Below are positions 47,790-54,391 of a DNA stretch of 54,391 nucleotides, in pieces. Every line of letters starts with the position of its first letter. Within the stretch, counting starts at the first letter, position 1. The notes under the pieces are model-generated. The model made no database searches and was not told where the DNA came from. It worked only from the letters and a program-made list of their open reading frames with translations. Both the position numbers and the translations under genes were made by a program. Source of the stretch: a virus (Duplodnaviria; Caudoviricetes); the IMG/VR virus record IMGVR_UViG_3300019093_000014, positions 1-54,391 of that record. One strand, written 5' to 3'.

Positions 47790-50170
47790 TATGGACCCCC
47801 TATCACGCCGCTATATCCAGCATCAGGCGGTGTATATGGTGATACTGCTGGCTTATCTGCTGTTTCTTTACTGTCTTGATTCATCATTCTTACCAGTTTT
47901 AATTGTTGTGTGAATACATTTCTTTCAAAACTACTTTCAACTTGAATAACTTTATATAATCCACTAAATCCTGGAACCACTTTGGCTTCTCCGCCAAAGT
48001 CATAACGACCTTGATCAGGATCAAGGTCAATGGGATTTCTAAAATTTACCACTACAAAAACTTCACCATCCTGTGCGTTTATGGCGCCATCTGAATTCAT
48101 TTCAGGTATATTAGTACTTTTTGCTGAATAATTTCCCATACCACTGTCGGCTATGTAATAAGGATCACCTAAAATTTTCAAACTAAGTTGTACCATATCG
48201 GCCTGAGAATTTAAAACTTTACTAAACTGTCTAGCAGCAATGGTGCTAGCATCTTCGCCAGCAGTAATGCCACCCCTTGATGCGCCCATTGATGTTTGAT
48301 CTGGTCTCACTTCCGCTTTATAAACAACCTTCTTATCAACAGCGGTCGACTCAGGACCACTGGAGGTTGCATTTTCAGGTCTTTTTTCATCTTGTAAATT
48401 TTGTTGAAGCGATTCATTATTCTTGCCAAGGTCGGCATTTATTGGCATATAAAACGACGCTTTAAAATCAATATTAAAATCTATGATATCAAGATTTTTT
48501 CCAGTATACAAGTACTCATATTTTTTAATGGCGTTGTACTTTTTTTCTTGTATTTTTTTAGCTGGTGCGGGTTTTGAAATAAAGTGAGTATAATCAATTT
48601 TATATGGAACTACTCTAAAAACAGTCAACGTAGGATAACGATTTTGTCCTTTAATTTCTTTAGTCGAGCTTAATATATAATATTGTGCTTCAATTCTAAA
48701 CCAATTTACTTTGCCATTCTTATCAATATTAACAGGGTCTAATGCTCTTCTTCCGTAATCACTGGCTAATAGTATTTCTTCAATGGCCGCTGTGATACTA
48801 GTCCCTATAGCAAATTTGGCAATGCCTTTGGTTTTTGAAATTTGTAAATTACCTCTTACCCATGTTCCAGTTTTTTCATCATAGACAGCGTCTTCTTTGC
48901 CAAAGATTGCCTCCGGTCTTTTTTTATCAGCTGCAAATCCAATAGGGCTACAACCAATAGGATTTATCATTGCATTTTGAACTATATTATTTCCCTCAAT
49001 TTCTACTCCCAAATTTGAAAAAAGAGTTTTATCATCATTTGCTATCTTTTTCTTATCTTCTGGTGAAATTGTGGCTCCGGGTGGATTCTTTTTATCGGTT
49101 GTTTCAGCTTGACCTTTACCTGTTTGTAAATCTATGGGAAAATATATTAAAACCTTATCAGCATCTGACTGATTATCTTTAGCTACTTTTGCCAAGTGAT
49201 CATTAATTGCTTTTTGTAAACTTTGTTTATGTTCTTCTGATCCTGTTTGCAACATTTCTTGTACTGAGCCACCTTCTATTTCACACGGCGTCAGTAAGGA
49301 ATTATTACTGGTATTGAACGCTTTTTCATTCCACGGATATGCTTCAACTTGATAAACAGACCCCTGCCCAGTAACTCGCATAGTAATTTCTCTAAGCTTT
49401 AAAGGAATGTTTTTTTTAGCCAAAGGAGCTGTGAAATTTTGTTGATTAGCTGTTAAATGGCCCTTGAATTCTATAGTCAATAATAATGGCATGCCTAACC
49501 AATTTTTCCATCCAGTTTGGATTGCTGCGGTTGTAATTTCTTGAAAGAACAGTCCTACACTATAAGGTTCTGTTACTGTAAAACTTACAGCAGTAGCATT
49601 AGTAGTTCCTGTAGCTTGATTATAGCCCATTATACCACTAATTTTAACATTGTCCATAAAACAATCAAATCTTCCAGAATTATTATTTGCTTTACTTTTA
49701 AAATTAGTTAATTGTATAGCATCTGAATCTTTTATATCACCAGTACCACCACTTTTCATTATGATAGGACCATAAATTCCTTTCCTATAAGTTTGATTTG
49801 GAAAATTAATTGCATTAGTTGTGAGCACACTAAGAGTAAAAATACAATTATAACTGTTAAATTGATTTAATTCATTGGGGAATGGTTCTCCTGGTTTACT
49901 TTTAATTTGAGATAATTCTTTACCACTCTCTATAATACCATTTAGGTCTATTGCTGCTGTTTGGTCAATCTCGGTAGGTATAACTTTACCAGGGATAGGT
50001 TTTGCACTACCATTTACTCCTGGCAATTTAGCCTGTCCTAATAAACCATTTAATGAGCTCTGAGCTCCAGATAGCGCTCCAGATATGGCATTAGCTGGAT
50101 TAATATTTTCTAATTTTTTAGTAATAGATCCCAAAGCGGTAGTGGCTGCATCTTTTAAATTAAAAGCCAT
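47789..50170 (-). CDS. Baseplate hub-like structural protein (gp27-like position)
   Basis: 793 aa; L.I.GDPY...FSGLYKVIQVES.F....F.Q.L.L.R C-terminus; lies between the gp53-like and gp5-like genes. Confidence 0.55.
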   Translation of the reverse strand: MAFNLKDAATTALGSITKKLENINPANAISGALSGAQSSLNGLLGQAKLPGVNGSAKPIPGKVIPTEIDQTAAIDLNGIIESGKELSQIKSKPGEPFPNELNQFNSYNCIFTLSVLTTNAINFPNQTYRKGIYGPIIMKSGGTGDIKDSDAIQLTNFKSKANNNSGRFDCFMDNVKISGIMGYNQATGTTNATAVSFTVTEPYSVGLFFQEITTAAIQTGWKNWLGMPLLLTIEFKGHLTANQQNFTAPLAKKNIPLKLREITMRVTGQGSVYQVEAYPWNEKAFNTSNNSLLTPCEIEGGSVQEMLQTGSEEHKQSLQKAINDHLAKVAKDNQSDADKVLIYFPIDLQTGKGQAETTDKKNPPGATISPEDKKKIANDDKTLFSNLGVEIEGNNIVQNAMINPIGCSPIGFAADKKRPEAIFGKEDAVYDEKTGTWVRGNLQISKTKGIAKFAIGTSITAAIEEILLASDYGRRALDPVNIDKNGKVNWFRIEAQYYILSSTKEIKGQNRYPTLTVFRVVPYKIDYTHFISKPAPAKKIQEKKYNAIKKYEYLYTGKNLDIIDFNIDFKASFYMPINADLGKNNESLQQNLQDEKRPENATSSGPESTAVDKKVVYKAEVRPDQTSMGASRGGITAGEDASTIAARQFSKVLNSQADMVQLSLKILGDPYYIADSGMGNYSAKSTNIPEMNSDGAINAQDGEVFVVVNFRNPIDLDPDQGRYDFGGEAKVVPGFSGLYKVIQVESSFERNVFTQQLKLVRMMNQDSKETADKPAVSPYTPPDAGYSGVIGGP

Positions 50171-50476
50171 TTAAACACCCAATACTGAAAATAATGAAGC
50201 AGATTTTGGGATATAAAATTGTAGCCCTGGAACAAAATCAAATATAGGATCTTGAATAACATCTAAATTACGTTGCATAAAAACCCACCAGAGAGCTGGT
50301 GTTTGATACATGTCGTAACTTAATAGATCAGGTCTATAAGCATATTGACTTTCTAAAGTATATAAAAAGTCATCCATCTCTGCACTGACTGGTCTGATAG
50401 TCAATATGTTTAGATATTCATTGGTTACTTCTGTATTATACCAAGGGCTTGTTGTACTATACTCTATTATTTTCAT
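50171..50476 (-). CDS. Baseplate wedge protein (gp53/LysM-like)
   Basis: YRPDLLSYDMY....LWWVF..RN......P..DF.PG...YIP. Confidence 0.75.
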   Translation of the reverse strand: MKIIEYSTTSPWYNTEVTNEYLNILTIRPVSAEMDDFLYTLESQYAYRPDLLSYDMYQTPALWWVFMQRNLDVIQDPIFDFVPGLQFYIPKSASLFSVLGV

Positions 50477-51501
50477 TATAAATACATTTTTCCTTCATAC
50501 CCGCCTGTAACAAAAGTCTTTAAATTGAATTCTCTTACTTGAGTTCTACTGTAAACTGGCATTAATGTTACACTAATTGAGCTATTTGTTGGCACATGAC
50601 TTGGCGCAACAGCCGCTGCTGACTGTGGACTCTTACCACCTGATGCGCTGATAACTTTGGCTAAATTTGCTCCAGTAGAAACAACACTTAAAAACTTACT
50701 AACTGATGTAGCACCTGAGGCATTGGCAATTCCTGATAATAATCTAGCACCTGCTCCAATTTTATCGGTTTTTGAAGCGCCATTACTGCCGGCAGATGAC
50801 TCACCTGGTGCTGGCTTATTTACATCCACACTGATATAATCACAATCTTTATTTAAGGTCACATTGAAACTTTTAACTACAACTGGTACATTTTTAAAAA
50901 CATAATCACCATACCCATTGAATTTTAATATGGGAGGAGGGTTTCCTGTATAAGGGCTATCGCCTGCATACATTTTAGTGACACTTCTTAAAAAATGTAC
51001 AGCAGCAATCCAATATTTGGCTTCTACCCAATCCTGTACAATGAATTCACCGTTTACAGTTATGTCACTGACCTTGCTGTTTTGATAGGCTATAAATTGA
51101 TAATTTTGATGAGTCAGTGTTTGTTCCCCATAAGTGGCACTATGGCTAATGCTTATTGTAGGAGTATACGGAAATATTAACCCTCCACTGTCTCTTATGG
51201 GCTGTAATAAAGTACCTGTCCCATATACTTCATTTAGGGATGCCGCATCCATTCCAGGAAGCGTTAATCTAACCCTCCAATCTGTACTCTTATCACTGAC
51301 CATGGTGGCTACGCTTTTGGCGTTTGCACCAAAACTATTACCACCTGTTGGGATATTTAAACTTCGTATGGCACTGGCCAATTTACCGGGATTTGATAAA
51401 TTATTTAATGCAGATGCCACATTGGATACTACATTAACTCCGGCAGCTATATTACCAAATGCACCTTTTGCAGCACTAATTGGGTCGAAAGGCATATTCA
51501 T
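50476..51501 (-). CDS. Tail tube cap/initiator-like protein (gp48/gp54-like)
   Basis: LIFPYTP.I...H.A.Y...ITV.G.F...PPP.L.F.GYG...F.NVPVVV.SF; first gene of the late baseplate operon. Confidence 0.55.
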   Translation of the reverse strand: MNMPFDPISAAKGAFGNIAAGVNVVSNVASALNNLSNPGKLASAIRSLNIPTGGNSFGANAKSVATMVSDKSTDWRVRLTLPGMDAASLNEVYGTGTLLQPIRDSGGLIFPYTPTISISHSATYGEQTLTHQNYQFIAYQNSKVSDITVNGEFIVQDWVEAKYWIAAVHFLRSVTKMYAGDSPYTGNPPPILKFNGYGDYVFKNVPVVVKSFNVTLNKDCDYISVDVNKPAPGESSAGSNGASKTDKIGAGARLLSGIANASGATSVSKFLSVVSTGANLAKVISASGGKSPQSAAAVAPSHVPTNSSISVTLMPVYSRTQVREFNLKTFVTGGYEGKMYL

Positions 51502-51515
51502 TACTCCTTGACTAA

Positions 51516-51523
51516 TATTTATT
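51516..51523 (-). promoter_or_regulatory. Late promoter motif AATAAATA for the baseplate operon
   Basis: Upstream of the AAGGAG RBS and ATG 51501. Confidence 0.7.
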
Positions 51524-51551
51524 TGACTTTATAATATATGTATATTATAAT
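51523..51551 (+). promoter_or_regulatory. Sigma70-type promoter containing a palindrome
   Basis: TTGACT (51523-51528), 17-nt spacer, TATAAT (51546-51551); inverted repeat TTATAATATA-TG-TATATTATAA at 51529-51550. Confidence 0.8.
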
Positions 51552-51573
51552 ATACCTAACACAGGACTGACTG

Positions 51574-52395
51574 ATGACCGTAAACTATCTCAACAATCGT
51601 GATCTCTTAGAGGAAATTCACAGAAGTAAAAATTCCTATAGCGTTTATTCTAGCCCAGAACATCACCAATACGATATTATTCTTCCCAGCTTGGAGAAAA
51701 TTAATATTAGAACCACAGCTGAAGCTAAACGCAATCGTGCCAAACGCATTGGTGACGAAAATTATTCACGTAGAAAAGCAGCAGGTGAAAAAATCAAAAT
51801 GGCTGACTGCGAAATAGATTATAAAAAAATTCCAAAGATTGATTTGGTCTTTAGAATTATGACCTATGAGCATATCCCAGTAAACAAAACACGTAAGAAA
51901 AGTCAAAAAACTGAAGCTGATGGCAGAGATAAAGTAAACTTTCCTCCTTTCCAACATTGGAAGTTTGATGAAAATGACGAACTTGTCTGTGTAGGCAAAA
52001 GTCATTGGAAAGGCACTTTGGACAAAGGTCGATTCAGTAAGGATCATGGGCAAATTTCAAATAACCTTGCTCGTATGTATATCAAACTATGTGAACGCTA
52101 TGCTACCCGAGGCAATGTCAGAGGCTACACATACAATGACGAAATGCGAGCACAGGCCATATTACAATTAACGCAAATTGGTTTGCAATTCAATGAGTCA
52201 AAAAGTAATAATCCTTTTGCATACTTTACTGCCGCGGTGACCAACAGTTTTGTACGCATTATCAATATTGAAAAGAAAAATCAAAATATTCGCGACGACA
52301 TACTAGAAATGAATGACATGGCACCTAGTTATACTAGAACCAGTAACGCTGAATATTCAGCAGGAGTACGTAGACATGAACGTGAGGAAGAATGA
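51574..52395 (+). CDS. gp55: Late transcription sigma factor (T4 gp55-like)
   Basis: NYLNN.DLL.EI N-terminus; N.RGYTYNDEM...A...F..SKS.NPFAYFT....NSF.R.I..EKK; adjacent to gp47 and gp46 as in T4-like phages. Confidence 0.8.
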   Translation: MTVNYLNNRDLLEEIHRSKNSYSVYSSPEHHQYDIILPSLEKINIRTTAEAKRNRAKRIGDENYSRRKAAGEKIKMADCEIDYKKIPKIDLVFRIMTYEHIPVNKTRKKSQKTEADGRDKVNFPPFQHWKFDENDELVCVGKSHWKGTLDKGRFSKDHGQISNNLARMYIKLCERYATRGNVRGYTYNDEMRAQAILQLTQIGLQFNESKSNNPFAYFTAAVTNSFVRIINIEKKNQNIRDDILEMNDMAPSYTRTSNAEYSAGVRRHEREEE

Positions 52396-53405
52396 CAAAT
52401 CTTTTTAAACGTGTGGCCCTATTCACAGACATACACTTTGGACTTAAAAGCAACAGCGCCACACACAATCAAGACTGTGAAGATTTTGTAGATTGGTATA
52501 TTAGCAAAGCCAAGGAGTTAGACTGCGATGTGGGAATTTTTATGGGCGATTGGCATCATAATCGCAATAGCCTTAATATTACTACCATGGATTATAGTCT
52601 TAGGGCCTTGGAAAAATTAGGACAAGCATTTGATCAATTCTACTTTTTTCCTGGCAATCACGACTTATATTACAAAGACAAACGTGATATTCACAGCGTA
52701 GAATTTGGCAAATACATTCCAGGAGTTACCATAGTACACAAGCCCATAACTGTGGGCAATGTGACCATGTGTCCTTGGCTAGTGGGAGATGAATGGCGAA
52801 ACATAGGCAAAAAAGGCGGCAAATATATCTTTGGTCACTTTGAATTGCCTAGTTTTTTTATGAACGCCATGGTACAGATGCCAGATCACGGTGAGATTAA
52901 ATTAGAACATTTTCAAAATTACGAACTTGGCTTTAGTGGACACTTCCATAAACGTCAACAACAAAAGAACATGATCTATATTGGTAATGCTTTCCCACAT
53001 AATTACGCTGATACATGGGATGATGATCGTGGCATGTGCGTACTGGAATGGGGCGGGCAGCCAGAATATTATAGCTGGCCAGATCAACCCACTTTTAGAA
53101 CTGTTAAACTTAGCGAACTGATTGACAACGGTGCTAAAATTATCAAGCCTAAACAACATCTTAGAGTTACACTTGATATTGACATCAGCTATGAAGAAGC
53201 CAGTTTTATTAAAGAAACTTATCTAGCAGATTATGCCATTAGAGAATTGACCTTGATTCCAGAAAAACGTGAAATAGAATTGAGCAGCGACACTGATGTC
53301 AAAGCATTTGAAAGTGTAGATCAAATTGTGACTAATCAACTAATCAGTGTGGAAAGCGACACTTACGACGTAAACCTTTTACTAGATATCTATAACAACC
53401 TATGA
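52392..53405 (+). CDS. gp47: Recombination nuclease (gp47/Mre11/SbcD-like metallophosphoesterase)
   Basis: TDIHFG, GDWHH, GNHD, GHFE and SGHFH motifs. Confidence 0.9.
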   Translation: MTNLFKRVALFTDIHFGLKSNSATHNQDCEDFVDWYISKAKELDCDVGIFMGDWHHNRNSLNITTMDYSLRALEKLGQAFDQFYFFPGNHDLYYKDKRDIHSVEFGKYIPGVTIVHKPITVGNVTMCPWLVGDEWRNIGKKGGKYIFGHFELPSFFMNAMVQMPDHGEIKLEHFQNYELGFSGHFHKRQQQKNMIYIGNAFPHNYADTWDDDRGMCVLEWGGQPEYYSWPDQPTFRTVKLSELIDNGAKIIKPKQHLRVTLDIDISYEEASFIKETYLADYAIRELTLIPEKREIELSSDTDVKAFESVDQIVTNQLISVESDTYDVNLLLDIYNNL

Positions 53406-54391
53406 TTCGTATCAAAGATTTAACTGTTAAGAACTTCATGAGCGTGGGTAATCAAACTCAAGCTGTAGATTTTTGCAAAGAACAACTTACACTGGTGCTA
53501 GGTGAAAATCTAGACCAAGGTGGTGATGACAGCGGTAGTCGCAACGGAACAGGCAAAACTACTATAGTTAATGCCTTAAGTTATGCCTTATTTGGACAAG
53601 CTCTTACTAACATTAAGAAAGATAACTTAGTTAATAAGACCAATAATAAGAACATGATTGTCACACTGAATTTTGAAAAAAATGGTGTGACATATAAAAT
53701 AGAACGTGGTCGTAGACCTAACATTTTTAGATTTTTTATCAATGGTGAAGAACAGGACACTGACAACATTGACGAAAGTCAAGGTGATGTTAGAGAAACT
53801 CAACGTGACTTAGACACATTGTTAGGCATGAGTCATGACATGTTCAAACACATTGTGGCACTGAATACCTATACTGAACCTTTTCTCAGTATGCGAGCTG
53901 CTGATCAACGAATGATCATTGAACAATTACTGGGCGTTACCTTGCTTAGTGAAAAAAGTGAAAGCCTAAAAGAACAAGTTAGACTGACCAAAGACGAAAT
54001 CAGTCAGGAGTCAGCTAACATTGAAGCTACTAAAAAGAGTAATGATCGTATTGAACAAAGCATTACTGGTTTAGAAACCAAACAACGAGCGTGGCGCAAA
54101 CAGCAAAAAGACGATTGTGAAAAGGTTGCCGAAAAGATTTTAGAATTACAAAACATTGACATTGAACAAGAATTAGCACAACATGCTCTATTAAAAAGTT
54201 ATGATGAACTAGCAGCCAAAATTCGAAGTCTCAACAAGGAAAAATCCACTTTAGAAACTGCTGTTGGACAGGCTGAAAAGTCTGTGAACAAGTACAAAAA
54301 AGAAGTGGAACAACTTGCTGACAAATCTTGTCCTTCTTGTCAACAACAGTTATTAGATCATAAACATGGCGAAATGACTGAGACTGCCTTG
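53402..54391 (+). CDS. gp46: Recombination ATPase (gp46/Rad50/SbcC-like), 3' end outside window
   Basis: Not in the ORF track. Manual translation from ATG 53402: MIRIKDLTVKNFMSVGN...RNGTGKTTIVNALSYALFG (Walker A), coiled coil, CPSC zinc hook near 54328-54339. Confidence 0.9.
   Translation, partial: MIRIKDLTVKNFMSVGNQTQAVDFCKEQLTLVLGENLDQGGDDSGSRNGTGKTTIVNALSYALFGQALTNIKKDNLVNKTNNKNMIVTLNFEKNGVTYKIERGRRPNIFRFFINGEEQDTDNIDESQGDVRETQRDLDTLLGMSHDMFKHIVALNTYTEPFLSMRAADQRMIIEQLLGVTLLSEKSESLKEQVRLTKDEISQESANIEATKKSNDRIEQSITGLETKQRAWRKQQKDDCEKVAEKILELQNIDIEQELAQHALLKSYDELAAKIRSLNKEKSTLETAVGQAEKSVNKYKKEVEQLADKSCPSCQQQLLDHKHGEMTETAL

Noticed and set aside
50477-50484. Plus-strand TATAAATA as an antisense late promoter
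   Set aside because: It is the reverse complement of the last codons (TAT TTA TAA) of the 50476-51501 gene, and no credible plus-strand gene follows.
998-53769. The many short opposite-strand or nested ORFs in the track (e.g. 2445-2741, 25463-25864, 26956-27366, 51134-51511, 53581-53769)
   Set aside because: They lie wholly within longer motif-bearing genes, lack RBS or promoter support, and read as antisense shadows.
1-54391. Stop-codon reassignment as seen in some large phages
   Set aside because: Genes tile densely under code 11; TAG (6718, 29274) and TGA (ATGA overlaps) both act as real stops.

Overview
This AT-rich window comes from a large T4-like (myovirus-type) bacteriophage genome, uses the standard bacterial code and is densely coding. 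It has four blocks. (1) 1-5025, minus strand: replication-type genes behind a sigma70-type promoter, including a UvsW-like SF2 helicase, a possible clamp-loader small subunit, a Zn-finger protein and a very compact DnaE-like (Pol III alpha palm) ORF cut by the window edge. (2) 5048-20970: a ~16 kb island with four radical SAM enzymes (one B12-binding, two with N-terminal twitch/SPASM, one with C-terminal SPASM-like cysteines), a 2OG-Fe(II) Asp/Asn-hydroxylase-like enzyme, an SGNH-like protein, about five glycosyltransferase-like proteins and several unknowns. (3) 21024-51501, minus strand: tail fibre and baseplate genes, including three fibre paralogues with a shared N-terminus, a 4267-aa wedge-like protein, and gp6-, gp25-, gp5-, gp53- and gp48/54-like proteins. 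(4) 51574-end, plus strand: gp55-like late sigma factor, gp47/Mre11 and a truncated gp46/Rad50. Almost every intergenic gap holds a T4-type late-promoter motif (ATAAATA or a variant), including gaps in front of the enzyme genes. The best candidate for an undescribed system is therefore a late-expressed virion glycosylation/tailoring pathway attached to the tail-fibre operon. All family calls come from reading motifs by eye; no database search was run, so novelty is not established. I saw no tRNA, rRNA, CRISPR array or mobile element.
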